This document shows positions 8,171 through 17,424 of a stretch of DNA of 64,000 bases, piece by piece; the stretch's first letter is position 1, and the number at the start of each line of letters is the position of its first letter. The notes beneath the pieces were generated by a model. That model saw nothing but the letters and a program-made list of their open reading frames with translations, was not told the origin of the DNA and did not search any database. The stretch lies in the NCBI GenBank assembly GCA_046714695.1, contig JBKKAL010000297.1:43407-107406 (forward strand), in the 5' to 3' direction. The stretch is from Pyrinomonadaceae bacterium (GTDB lineage Bacteria; Acidobacteriota; Blastocatellia; Pyrinomonadales; Pyrinomonadaceae). The position numbers and the translations under genes were made by a program.

Positions 8171-9196
8171 TTAACGTGCGCGGCTTCGCTGGACGCGCGC
8201 TCCTCCAGCGACCCACGCTCGACCCGTGCCTTTCGAGAGCAGCCGGTCGCCGAACGGATAGCCGCCATGAGCCGCTCGCCAGTAAAGCGCCCCGTAGGTG
8301 CTCACAGAGCGCTCTAAGACCCAGAGCGGCGCATAAAGAATCACAGGGAAGGGAAAGAACCTATATGCCTTATCGCGCCACAGGCCGCGTAGCGCTATCA
8401 GCATTGCCGAGACCGATACGAAGAGGGTGAACAGGAGCGCAGCCCGCGCGCCCCACGCCAGTCCAAGCGCGATGACAAGGGGCAGCAGTGACATAAAGAG
8501 CACGGTTTTTGCGCGCATCGCGAAATCTTCGTAGGCCTGACGCGGGCGCTGCTCCATCCATTTCCTGAAGGTTGGAGGCCGCTTGAGGATAAAGAGGTCT
8601 AGCGCGTAACAGACATCCGCCCCCTGAACTACGAAGTGGCGCACGATTTCTTCATTATCGAACAGTACGTCGCCGTCGTAATGGCCGACGCGCAGGCAGG
8701 TCGAGCGGCGAAAGGCACAGGTTCCCGGATAATCTCCCGTTCGCAGTAGGGCGCGATTGATCAGCATCCGCGCCGTCTCCGTTCGCCCCCACCACGGCAG
8801 GGGCGACAAATAGTTCTGCGGTCTCACCATCTCGTGCTCGTCAAGCAGGTCGCACGCCCGCGCGATGTCTGCGGACGTGTAACGAATGTCGTCGTCGGCA
8901 AGCAATATCTTTTCGCAGCCCGCTAGGTCAACGCCCGTGTGGATGCCGTTAACCTTGCCGTTGAGGTAAGCATACTTTGGATCAACCTTAACGTGGCGGC
9001 ACAGGTCGCGCCAGGCAGTATTGTGCTCATTGAAGACATCCGGCGAAGAACCATCAACCACAAGTACCTCGCAACCCGCCTCAGCAAGCGCGCCGAAGTA
9101 TTGAGCGAAGTCCTCCATTTCTTCGCGGCGCGCAGAGGTGCGACGGATCGGCAGCAGATAAGTGCAGCGCAAATTCTCAGCTTTACCGGCAGTCAT
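8171..9196 (-). CDS. family-2 glycosyltransferase with C-terminal transmembrane segments
   Basis: The track ORF runs to 9517, but its first 107 codons overlap the upstream gene. The internal ATG at 9196 (MTAGKAENL) follows GAAGAGGA and sits 22 nt after the upstream stop. Motifs include LLPIRR, VLVVDGSSPDVF and LADDDIRYT (DxD), and there are 2-3 hydrophobic helices near the C-terminus. Confidence 0.75.
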   Translation of the reverse strand: MTAGKAENLRCTYLLPIRRTSARREEMEDFAQYFGALAEAGCEVLVVDGSSPDVFNEHNTAWRDLCRHVKVDPKYAYLNGKVNGIHTGVDLAGCEKILLADDDIRYTSADIARACDLLDEHEMVRPQNYLSPLPWWGRTETARMLINRALLRTGDYPGTCAFRRSTCLRVGHYDGDVLFDNEEIVRHFVVQGADVCYALDLFILKRPPTFRKWMEQRPRQAYEDFAMRAKTVLFMSLLPLVIALGLAWGARAALLFTLFVSVSAMLIALRGLWRDKAYRFFPFPVILYAPLWVLERSVSTYGALYWRAAHGGYPFGDRLLSKGTGRAWVAGGARVQRSRAR

Positions 9197-9218
9197 GTTG
9201 TATCCTCTTCGGCTCTCT

Positions 9219-10370
9219 CTAAGCATATGCCGCTTCGCGTTCGGCTGCGCGCACAGCGCGTTCGACACTTGCGCCCGCGCGGTCACTGATAAACTTTTGC
9301 TGATCGTAGCCGAGCACGATCTCCCAACTCTCAGCCGGATACCTCGCCGCCAGCGGCAATGCCACATCGTGAAGCATCCACTGACCGTGCCGTTCGTCTT
9401 CCCTGATATGCAGCTCCCAGTAGCCGCGCGCAGTCTCTGACATACCGAGCCGCTCGGCTGCCGCGCGATAATTATCGAATGCCGCAGGCACGGAGATTTC
9501 CGTATGGAGCAGCCCACCGACGTAGCGCAGGTAAAAGCGTTTACGCTCCGACAACAGGAAGCTGTGGTTGATGGCGGCCAACACTTCCCACGGGACGAGA
9601 TCGAAATAGCCTTCGGGCTCCGTGCGCATATTGAGTTCGGTCAGCATCGCTGTGAAATAGGTCGAATGTTTTCGATTGAGGCGGCCGCCGCCATATTCCT
9701 CAACGAGCAGCCGCGTCATCATGGAGTGTATCTCGTTAGAGACTCCGCCGAGCGTGCGCGACATTTGACTCGCCTCGACCAGTCCGTCGAGCGAGCTGAT
9801 GGCAAGCAGGCGGCGATAACCCGCCTCGTCAACCTCGTCGCGGAAATAAAGGCCGCTCGCCGAGGGCGCGGGCGACACGTCACTGGCGGCGCGCTTGAGC
9901 AGCGCCTCGCGTACCTCAGTCTCTGTAAGCGCCTCGACATCTAATAGCGCAAGCTCCCAGGGAGCCCACGCCCCCTCTATCAGATCGCGAACCTTACGCA
10001 GGTAAGAGGAACGCTCGTTATCGTAGTTGCTCAGGTCGTCATACCAGAAGAATTTCAGACGATTAATGCGATAGAGCACACGCTGCAAGAAGAGATGCGC
10101 CGGGTCGGCAGTGTATGCCAGACCATTAGTCTCGACATCATCAGCAATGATTGTGTAGGCGACGGCAAGGGCTTCTTCCAGCCCGCGCTCGAAAAGACGG
10201 ACGGCTGCCGGGCGGCTTCTGACGTGCTCGTCCAAACAATCGGCCTTTAACAGTTCGGCAAAACTCTCTTCTGCTTCCGCGTACTCTGCTTCGCGCGTCC
10301 GCGCCTCCAGTGTGGTATGCGCCGCGTCCGCGCGGGCAGTGTATCCGGCATACTCAGTACTACTATGCAT
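9219..10370 (-). CDS. haem-oxygenase-like fold 'iron-containing redox enzyme' family protein (putative di-iron oxidase)
   Basis: 383 aa. VEEYGGGRLNRKHSTYFTAMLTELNM and WELHIREDERHGQWMLHD match the ExxH/EExGxGxxxxxH ligand motifs I associate with the Haem_oxygenas_2 family. The start overlaps the upstream stop by 8 nt. Confidence 0.6.
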   Translation of the reverse strand: MHSSTEYAGYTARADAAHTTLEARTREAEYAEAEESFAELLKADCLDEHVRSRPAAVRLFERGLEEALAVAYTIIADDVETNGLAYTADPAHLFLQRVLYRINRLKFFWYDDLSNYDNERSSYLRKVRDLIEGAWAPWELALLDVEALTETEVREALLKRAASDVSPAPSASGLYFRDEVDEAGYRRLLAISSLDGLVEASQMSRTLGGVSNEIHSMMTRLLVEEYGGGRLNRKHSTYFTAMLTELNMRTEPEGYFDLVPWEVLAAINHSFLLSERKRFYLRYVGGLLHTEISVPAAFDNYRAAAERLGMSETARGYWELHIREDERHGQWMLHDVALPLAARYPAESWEIVLGYDQQKFISDRAGASVERAVRAAEREAAYA

Positions 10371-11172
10371 ACATCACCTCCTTGTTCTGATTGTTATGAT
10401 CCGGGCTCGTGTCATGGAAAAGAATGCTGAGACAAGAAAGGCTGCCTTCGGCTTTGCGGAATTCCGAGATGTCTATTGCCGCAACATCGGGGCAGTGCCT
10501 GCCGACCAGTTCGAGCGTGCGTGGAGCACCGGCCTCTACGCAAACGGTCTGGCCAACGCGCATGGTGCTGGCCGCCCAGGGTTCATCCTGCGGAACGTCC
10601 AATACCCAGTGGCGCGCAAACGGGGCGGTGTCTATCCAGCGCGAGTTGAGCAGCACGGTCTCTTCGTTTAGTGCGCTGCAAGCTGTCGTCAGATGCAGGC
10701 TACCCTTGACGGAAACCGGCGTCACTTTATAGCCGTAGGAGCGAGCGATGCGCGCCAACGATTCAAATCCTTCGGGATTAGTTCGCCTGGAACAACCGAC
10801 GAAAATCTCCCTGCCCAGGATGACTACGTCGCCGCCATCTAAGGTCGCGGGCTGATTGATGCGCACGACCTCGCGGTATGAGGAAAGAATATCTTCTACC
10901 GCCCTGACTTCCCCGCGACGCGAGGGCGCGCCGGGGCTTGCGATAACAGCCACCTCTTCGAGGACGACGGCGGCGTCCGCCACGAAACAGCAATCGGGAT
11001 TCTCGTCACGGGCTTCGAGGTTGAGGATCGCGCTTCCGCAACGGCGAAGTAGATCGCAGTAGCTCGCATGCTGGTGAATCGCCTTTTCGTAGTCTATGGG
11101 CTCGCGTTGCCTGAAGGTGAGCTCGCAACGGGTGATGTTTCGCGAGACGGCCCGCGTGATTGCCTTTAACAT
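10363..11172 (-). CDS. dimethylarginine dimethylaminohydrolase (DDAH)/amidinotransferase-fold enzyme
   Basis: 269 aa. It has the pentein-fold pattern with LHLTTACS and a C-terminal catalytic-Cys motif EGSLSCLSILF. Confidence 0.7.
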   Translation of the reverse strand: MLKAITRAVSRNITRCELTFRQREPIDYEKAIHQHASYCDLLRRCGSAILNLEARDENPDCCFVADAAVVLEEVAVIASPGAPSRRGEVRAVEDILSSYREVVRINQPATLDGGDVVILGREIFVGCSRRTNPEGFESLARIARSYGYKVTPVSVKGSLHLTTACSALNEETVLLNSRWIDTAPFARHWVLDVPQDEPWAASTMRVGQTVCVEAGAPRTLELVGRHCPDVAAIDISEFRKAEGSLSCLSILFHDTSPDHNNQNKEVMYA

Positions 11173-11475
11173 TATCTCTTCCCCTGGTTCGTTTCCACCT
11201 GCCTGGTATTGATGACGCGGTGGTTTGAGCTGTACTTAAGCGCGGGACAGCATGGCCCGAAAGCTCCAACAGTCTATCGTTTCCCATCCGCCCGGTCTTT
11301 AATCAAACGCAATTTTGCAACCACTATTTGACGAAAGTAATACGAGATGGTTGCAATTCAGACGAGCGCTGAAAAGAGTTGCGAGACTGGCTAAAGCCAG
11401 GCAATTACCCGGGTTTTACTCTCAGGAGGAGTGGCCAGACGACAAAACCGAGGCAGGCTTGGGTAAAATTCAAAG

Positions 11476-11943
11476 CTACTCCTCCGTCTCTTCTATAGTG
11501 GGCCTGGGAGTCTCATTTTTTCTGAGTGACTTGAGTTTGGCCGAGACCTGACTGCTTAACCTCTGTGTTTTTTCTTTGGGAGAAATCTCTGCATCGAAAA
11601 TCTCCTCGAACCATGACGCCCGCTCACCATCCGGCTGCGCGTCATTCTTTTTCTCATCAACTTGATTGACGGAGGCGCGCGTCAACTTCTGCTCTATCTC
11701 GACCGCGAATTGAGCTTTCAGGTTTTGCATCTCGTCAGCGATGTTTAGTGCTGCGAGGATAGCGATCTTCGAAACGTCGTGCGTTGTGATCTGCGAAGCG
11801 ATCCGCTTCATTCGCTCATCTACGAGGCCCGCAATCTCTCTGATATGCTCAGCGTCGCCCGTTGAGCGCAGATTGTAGATCTGATCGAAGATCGTAACCT
11901 CGACGGAGTTGGCCGACGACATTTCAAGACTCCTGCTGCTCAT
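11476..11943 (-). CDS. zapA: cell division protein ZapA with extended charged C-terminus
   Basis: VEVTIFDQIYNLRSTGDAEHIREIAGLVDERMKRIA...ILAALNIADEM is the ZapA core. Confidence 0.8.
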   Translation of the reverse strand: MSSRSLEMSSANSVEVTIFDQIYNLRSTGDAEHIREIAGLVDERMKRIASQITTHDVSKIAILAALNIADEMQNLKAQFAVEIEQKLTRASVNQVDEKKNDAQPDGERASWFEEIFDAEISPKEKTQRLSSQVSAKLKSLRKNETPRPTIEETEE

Positions 11944-12003
11944 TAAAGAGTAAGACGGTCAATCCGGAACGGGAATGCCGACTTTTAAAGACCTGTCAGT
12001 TCA

Positions 12004-13086
12004 TTAACGTATCACCTTCACATCCCGCTCGCTGAAGATTTTCCATCCCGTGTCTGTCCGCTGCCATCGCAGTTCCTGTATGACTTCGCCCTGACGCCTG
12101 CGCCCGCTTGTTTCAGTGGCGTATTGCTTGCGAAATCGCATGATCGCCGCGCGTCCGCCATCGCGGAATATGATTTCGGGCTCCTCCGCACGCACTTCTA
12201 TTAGCTCAACTTTTTTAAAAGCATGTGTTCTCTCTGTTCGGATAAAGGAGCGCGTAACATTACGCGTCAGGTAAAAAGCTTTGACTTCCGGCATGTAGAA
12301 GGTGACAAGTTTACTGATGTCCCGCGCATTCGTTGCAGCCACCCAATCCTCTAACGCTGCACGCAATGCGGCGGCCTCATCGCTCTGGACTTTCGCGGCA
12401 GGCGATTCGACCGGATTTGAGGAAACGGCCGCCCTGTCGGCAGGTTTAGCTTCTCGCTCGCCGGCAAGGTTCCATTGGGCCACTTCGGAAATCCTGTCGT
12501 AGATGCTCAGCACAACCACAGGTTCATTTAGTTGAGCAGCGTTGATGCGCCTGGTGACGCGCAGTTGTTGCCCCCCATCTATCGGATCAAACGTGACAGC
12601 GAAGCTATCGTCCTGGCTTCCGCTGGTGTTGACCGTCAACCTCTCACCGAACAGCGTCGCCCGCGTGTGCACTATACGGCTACCGGATAATCGCGCTCTC
12701 TGGGCAACTCCGTCAGCCTCGAAGGTAATACGGGGCGCGCGCGATGAGGCGATGGAAATAGTGCGCCCCGCACGTTCGATAGCAAGCAGATCAGGCGGGG
12801 TGAGACGTACCGCCAGGTCAATAAAGAAGCGTTGCTGTTCCTTGAATGGAAGATTGCTCGTAGCGCCCTCCACCACGGAATAAAGTTTGTCGCTGCTCTC
12901 TACGTTTATCCGGTAAACGCCCGTCAAACTGGATTCCGCCTGTGAAACCTTACGACCGCGAGAGCTATCGGGTGACGTGTTCCTCGACTGCCGACGCTGC
13001 GTGGTCTGTGCATCTGCTGTAATAGACAAGATGGCAAACAAAAGAAGTGTTACAGATATGAGAGATTTGCTTTCAGTTACTCGCAT
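12004..13086 (-). CDS. secreted hypothetical protein with C-terminal SnoaL/DUF4440-like domain
   Basis: Signal peptide MRVTESKSLISVTLLLFAILSITADAQ. The C-terminal ~120 aa (LEDWVAATNARDISKLVTFY...WKIFSE) look NTF2/SnoaL-like. Confidence 0.6.
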   Translation of the reverse strand: MRVTESKSLISVTLLLFAILSITADAQTTQRRQSRNTSPDSSRGRKVSQAESSLTGVYRINVESSDKLYSVVEGATSNLPFKEQQRFFIDLAVRLTPPDLLAIERAGRTISIASSRAPRITFEADGVAQRARLSGSRIVHTRATLFGERLTVNTSGSQDDSFAVTFDPIDGGQQLRVTRRINAAQLNEPVVVLSIYDRISEVAQWNLAGEREAKPADRAAVSSNPVESPAAKVQSDEAAALRAALEDWVAATNARDISKLVTFYMPEVKAFYLTRNVTRSFIRTERTHAFKKVELIEVRAEEPEIIFRDGGRAAIMRFRKQYATETSGRRRQGEVIQELRWQRTDTGWKIFSERDVKVIR

Positions 13087-13202
13087 GACCGCGCTTGCAC
13101 CTCTCTGATGAACCCTTAAAATCGTAGCTGAGAAAGGTTACACGTGGATATTCATTCGATGCAAGTTGCTGGGCTCATCGTACCCGCTTGACAAAGAATA
13201 AG

Positions 13203-13253
13203 AAATAGAACTACTTTAGTTACATTTGAAATGTAACTAAAGTAGTTCTATTT
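13203..13253. promoter_or_regulatory. perfect 25-1-25 palindrome, probable operator overlapping the Rrf2 gene promoter
   Basis: AAATAGAACTACTTTAGTTACATTT-G-AAATGTAACTAAAGTAGTTCTATTT with no mismatch. TTGACA at 13188-13193 lies just upstream, and a possible -10 TACTTT (13212-13217) sits in the left arm. The Rrf2 start is 16 nt downstream. Confidence 0.6.
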
Positions 13254-13268
13254 AGCGACGGACGGAAC

Positions 13269-13754
13269 ATGGCGGCTAATACGCGTTTTGCGGTGGCGAT
13301 TCATGCGATGGGAATGCTGGCGTTCGGCGATGAGCTGAACGTCACCTCAGACGACATCGCAAAGAGCATCCGTACCAACCCGGTAGTGGTGCGGCGATTG
13401 CTGGCACAACTCACTCGACGGGGGTTGGTGACGGTAAAACAGGGTGCGGGCGGTGGGGCGCGCTTAACGCGCCCGCCGTCGCAAATAACGCTCTCCGACA
13501 TTTACTTGGCGCTTGGTGAGGGGCCGCTCTTTCAAGTCCCACTGTTGGGCGAGACGCACGAATGCGCGGTCGGGCGAAGCGTCGGCCCCATCCTGACAGG
13601 CATCCTGCTTGGAGCCGAGCGGGGCTTACTGGCCGAGCTGAAAGCTGTCAAGCTCTCAGACGTGATCGGCAAAGTGATGCGACGGATGAAGAGACAGGGC
13701 TGCGCGCGGCAGGCGCCCGTGGCGAGGCGAGCGCGAAAGAAAAATGATGGCTGA
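13269..13754 (+). CDS. Rrf2 family transcriptional regulator (no 3-Cys cluster motif evident)
   Basis: N-terminal RFAVAIHAMGMLA and a following wHTH (IAKSIRTNPVVVRRLLAQLTRRGLV) are typical of Rrf2 regulators. Confidence 0.8.
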   Translation: MAANTRFAVAIHAMGMLAFGDELNVTSDDIAKSIRTNPVVVRRLLAQLTRRGLVTVKQGAGGGARLTRPPSQITLSDIYLALGEGPLFQVPLLGETHECAVGRSVGPILTGILLGAERGLLAELKAVKLSDVIGKVMRRMKRQGCARQAPVARRARKKNDG

Positions 13755-15588
13755 ACAAAATCAGAAAAAAATACGCTGGTCTACGGCATGGAGCGACGCT
13801 CGCGAGCTGGTGTGGACGCACCGCCGCCGCCTTGGATTGGGCGCGGTCTTGATGATTATCAATCAGGCAATGGGGCTTGTGTTACCGGCCTCGACCAAAT
13901 TCCTGATAGATCAGGTGATCGGGAAGCAGCGCACGGACTTGCTGTGGCAGATCGCGCTGGCGGCTGGCGCGGCGACGCTTGTGCAAGTCGTCACCTCCTT
14001 TAGTTTGTCGCAGGTTTTGGGCGTGGCGGCGCAACGCGCCATCACCGAGATGCGCAAAAAAGTGCAGGCGCAAATCGCGCGACTGCCCGTCAGCTATTTC
14101 GATTCAACGCAGACCGGCAAACTCATCTCCCGGATCATGAACGATGCCGAAGGCATACGTAATTTAGTCGGCACGGGGCTGGTGCAGTTAGTCGGAAGCT
14201 TTATCACCGCTATCGTCGCGCTCTGCGTCCTGTTCTGGCTCAACTGGCATTTGACTTCGATCACGATTCTGGTGCTCGCGCTCTTCGGCGGCGCGCTGAC
14301 CTTCGCCTTCAAGCGCCTGCGGCCCCTGTTTCGTGAGCGCGGCGAAATAACCGCTACACTCACAGGGCGTCTGGCCGAATCGCTCGGCGGCATCCGCATC
14401 GTCAAAGCTTACACCGCCGAGAAACGAGAGGAGCTGACCTTTGCTCGCGGCGCGCACAAGCTTTTTCGCAACATCGCCAAATCCATGACCGGAGTGTCCG
14501 CCACGACCGCCTTCTCTTCTTTAGTCATCGGCGTGGTCGGCGTGGTGATTATCGTCGTCGGTGGGCGTTCGGTTGTGGCAGGCACGATGAGCCTGGGCGA
14601 TCTGTTCATGTATGTAGTCTTCACGGGATTGATGGCGACTCCGCTCATCCAGTTCGCTGCCATCGGGACGCAGATAACGGAAGCCTTCGCTGGCCTCGAA
14701 CGCATCCGCGAGGTGATGAACATGGCGACCGAAGATGAAGAAGACGAGCGCCGCGCTCCGCTCCCCGTTGTGCGGGGTGAGATCGAGTTCGAGAACGTCT
14801 ATTTCGAGTATGACGAGGGCGTGCCGGTTCTCAGGAACGTCTCTTTCAAAGCACCGGCGGGCTCGACGACCGCGCTCGTCGGCTCAAGCGGCTCCGGTAA
14901 GAGCACGCTTATCAGCCTCGTGATGAACTTCAATCAGCCGTTATCGGGTACGGTCAAAGTTGACGGCCAGGATTTACAAACGCTGCGGCTGAGAGATTTT
15001 CGTTCCTATCTCGGCGTCGTCATGCAGGACAACTTCCTGTTCGACGGGACGATCAGTGAGAACATCGCCTTTTCCAACCCGCACGCCACGCGCGAAGAGA
15101 TTCAGGCGGTCAGTCGCATCGCGCACTGCGCAGAGTTCATCGAAGGCTTCGAGCAGAAATACGACACGGTGGTCGGCGAGCGCGGAGTGAAATTGTCAGG
15201 CGGGCAACGCCAGCGCATCGCCATCGCGCGTGCCATCCTCGCCGATCCGAAACTGCTGATCTTAGATGAAGCCACCTCCAGCCTGGACAGTGAGAGCGAA
15301 TCTTTGATTCAGGACGGCCTGCGCTCATTGAGGCGCGGGCGCACGACCTTCGTCATCGCGCATAGACTCTCTACGATTCGCAGCGCCGACCGGATTCTGG
15401 TGTTAGAAGGCGGAGAGATAGTTGAAAGGGGCACGCACGAGGAACTGATCGCGGCTGAAGGCCGGTACAAACAACTCTACGACAAGCAGTACAAATTCGA
15501 GCGCGACCAGTTCATCAACCCCGGCGAAGATTTCACGCCCGCGCCGGCGCATCCGTTGACTGCGCCGAACCGCGTCTCCGCTTTATAA
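13744..15588 (+). CDS. ABC exporter, fused permease-ATPase (MsbA-like type I exporter)
   Basis: 614 aa with six predicted TM helices, then Walker A GSSGSGKST, signature LSGGQRQR and Walker B LLILDEATSSLD. It overlaps the Rrf2 stop by 11 nt. Confidence 0.9.
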   Translation: MMAEQNQKKIRWSTAWSDARELVWTHRRRLGLGAVLMIINQAMGLVLPASTKFLIDQVIGKQRTDLLWQIALAAGAATLVQVVTSFSLSQVLGVAAQRAITEMRKKVQAQIARLPVSYFDSTQTGKLISRIMNDAEGIRNLVGTGLVQLVGSFITAIVALCVLFWLNWHLTSITILVLALFGGALTFAFKRLRPLFRERGEITATLTGRLAESLGGIRIVKAYTAEKREELTFARGAHKLFRNIAKSMTGVSATTAFSSLVIGVVGVVIIVVGGRSVVAGTMSLGDLFMYVVFTGLMATPLIQFAAIGTQITEAFAGLERIREVMNMATEDEEDERRAPLPVVRGEIEFENVYFEYDEGVPVLRNVSFKAPAGSTTALVGSSGSGKSTLISLVMNFNQPLSGTVKVDGQDLQTLRLRDFRSYLGVVMQDNFLFDGTISENIAFSNPHATREEIQAVSRIAHCAEFIEGFEQKYDTVVGERGVKLSGGQRQRIAIARAILADPKLLILDEATSSLDSESESLIQDGLRSLRRGRTTFVIAHRLSTIRSADRILVLEGGEIVERGTHEELIAAEGRYKQLYDKQYKFERDQFINPGEDFTPAPAHPLTAPNRVSAL

Positions 15589-15694
15589 CAGGAAAAAGTG
15601 AGCCCCGTCGCGCGGTCTCACACAGGGCTTTAGTCAGAGATATAGCCGTCGTCTAAAACGATTGCGTTACCTTTCAATTGGAGGGAAAACAACT

Positions 15695-16132
15695 GTGGTA
15701 GAGACTCTACAAAATTACGACAACCATACACGCTGGCATCCGCCGTTCCATTTCTTTCTGGCGCCGCTCTTCCTACTCAATTTTCTCTTCGCCGCCGTGC
15801 AGTTATATCGGTTCCGCGATCTCGATCACGCATGGATGTTGGTGCTCGCGGTCGGGCTGATCGTCCTCAGTGCATTGTCGCGCATCAACGCGCTGCGGGT
15901 GCAGGATCGGCTGATCAGGCTCGAAGAGCGAATGCGCTACCGGCAGTTGCTTCCTCAGCCCCTTGCCCAGAGTGCCGGGGATTTGCCGCCGGGACAAATT
16001 GTGGCTCTACGTTTTGCTTCGGATGGAGAACTGCCCGCGCTCGTTCAGCAAGTCCTGGACGGTAAGCTGACTAAAGGTGACGAAATCAAGCGCGCAGTCA
16101 GAGACTGGCGAGCCGATACCCTGCGCGTTTGA
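15695..16132 (+). CDS. small membrane protein of unknown function
   Basis: The track ORF starts at TTG 15662, but an in-frame GTG at 15695 is preceded by GGAGGG with 9-nt spacing. Two hydrophobic helices are present (FFLAPLFLLNFLFAAV, MLVLAVGLIVLSAL). Confidence 0.55.
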   Translation: MVETLQNYDNHTRWHPPFHFFLAPLFLLNFLFAAVQLYRFRDLDHAWMLVLAVGLIVLSALSRINALRVQDRLIRLEERMRYRQLLPQPLAQSAGDLPPGQIVALRFASDGELPALVQQVLDGKLTKGDEIKRAVRDWRADTLRV

Positions 16133-16142
16133 ATCATATTGT

Positions 16143-16175
16143 CAGGTGGTCATGAGCCAAACCCATGACCACCTG
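16143..16175. terminator. 12-bp perfect stem hairpin between convergent genes
   Basis: CAGGTGGTCATG-agccaaacc-CATGACCACCTG. It has no strong T-tract, so it is best described as a bidirectional terminator-like hairpin. Confidence 0.5.
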
Positions 16176-16208
16176 CTCGTCTATCGAATAAATTCCAGAA
16201 ACCAGTTT

Positions 16209-17384
16209 TCAGGGTTTCAAAACCACCTTGATGCAGCCGTCTTCGTGGTCGCGGAAAGTTTTGTAAGCTTCCGGTGCATCGTCTAGTTTTACCCGGTGTG
16301 TGATGATGAAACTGGGATCAATTTCGCCCGCCTCGATTTTCTTCAGGAGCGGTTTGTTGTAATGCTGCACGTGCGTCTGTCCGGTCTTGATCGTTAATCC
16401 TTTATTCATCATCGCGCCGAGCGGCAGCTTGTCCATGACGCCGACGTACGCGCCGGGAATTGAGACCGTGCCGCCCTTGCGGCAACACATAATCGCCTCG
16501 CGAACGACGTGCGGGCGATCCGTGCCGAGATAAACGGCCGCCTTCGCCGCGTCGAGTGCGGAATCGAGACTGCCGGCGGCGTGCGCTTCCGCGCCGACCG
16601 CATCCACACAGCGATCAGGCCCGCGCCCTTTCGTCATCTCCATCAAACTGTCATAAACTTTCTCTTCCATAAAATTGATGGTCTCGGCTTTACCCTGCTT
16701 TGCAGCCATTGCCAGACGCTCCGGCACCGTGTCAATCGCGATCACACGTTCTGCTCCGAGCATCCATGCGCTCTGTATGGTCATCTGCCCGACGGGGCCG
16801 CAGCCCCAGACCGCGACGGTGTCGCCCTTCTCAATTCCGCAGTTCTCCGCTGCCATGTAGCCGGTCGGGAAAATGTCGGAGAGAAAAAGCACCTGCTCGT
16901 CGGTGAGCGAATCATTCTCTATCTTGAGCGGCCCGACATCGGCGAAAGGGACGCGCAGGTACTCCGCCTGCCCGCCCGCGTAACCGCCAAGCATGTGAGA
17001 AAAACCGAACAGCCCCGCCGGAGATTGCCCCATCGCTTCGCGCGCGATCTCCGCGTTCGGGTTAGACGTGTCGCAGAGCGAAAACATCTCCTTCTTGCAG
17101 AAGAAACATTCGCCGCAAGAGATGGTGAACGGCACAACCACACGGTCGCCCACTTTCAAGTTCTTAACATCTTTCCCGATTTCGGCGACCACGCCCATCG
17201 GCTCGTGACCGAGAATGTCGCCCTTCTCCATCGTCGGCATGTAGCCGTCTAAGAGGTGAAGGTCGGAGCCGCAGATCGCCGTTGAAGTAATCTTGATAAT
17301 GGCGTCGCGCGGATTGAGTATTTTAGGATCAGGGACGGTCTCGACCCTTACATCACCTGTGCCGAACCAGCAGAGTGCTTTCAT
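16209..17384 (-). CDS. zinc-dependent dehydrogenase, glutathione-independent formaldehyde dehydrogenase-like
   Basis: 391 aa with CGSDLH, GHEPMG, the structural-Zn Cys cluster [15 protein letters not shown], and [15 protein letters not shown] and DDAPEAY as in the FdhA-type family. Confidence 0.8.
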   Translation of the reverse strand: MKALCWFGTGDVRVETVPDPKILNPRDAIIKITSTAICGSDLHLLDGYMPTMEKGDILGHEPMGVVAEIGKDVKNLKVGDRVVVPFTISCGECFFCKKEMFSLCDTSNPNAEIAREAMGQSPAGLFGFSHMLGGYAGGQAEYLRVPFADVGPLKIENDSLTDEQVLFLSDIFPTGYMAAENCGIEKGDTVAVWGCGPVGQMTIQSAWMLGAERVIAIDTVPERLAMAAKQGKAETINFMEEKVYDSLMEMTKGRGPDRCVDAVGAEAHAAGSLDSALDAAKAAVYLGTDRPHVVREAIMCCRKGGTVSIPGAYVGVMDKLPLGAMMNKGLTIKTGQTHVQHYNKPLLKKIEAGEIDPSFIITHRVKLDDAPEAYKTFRDHEDGCIKVVLKP

Positions 17385-17424
17385 TTAATTTTCTCCCTCT
17401 TGATTTAAAATATTAACTGCCCTT

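Noticed and set aside
9197-9517. N-terminal 107 codons of the 448-aa ORF 8171-9517
   Set aside because: This part overlaps the 3' end of the upstream haem-oxygenase-like gene in another frame and translates to Cys/Arg-rich nonsense. A start at 9196 with a purine-rich RBS gives a normal GT2 N-terminus.
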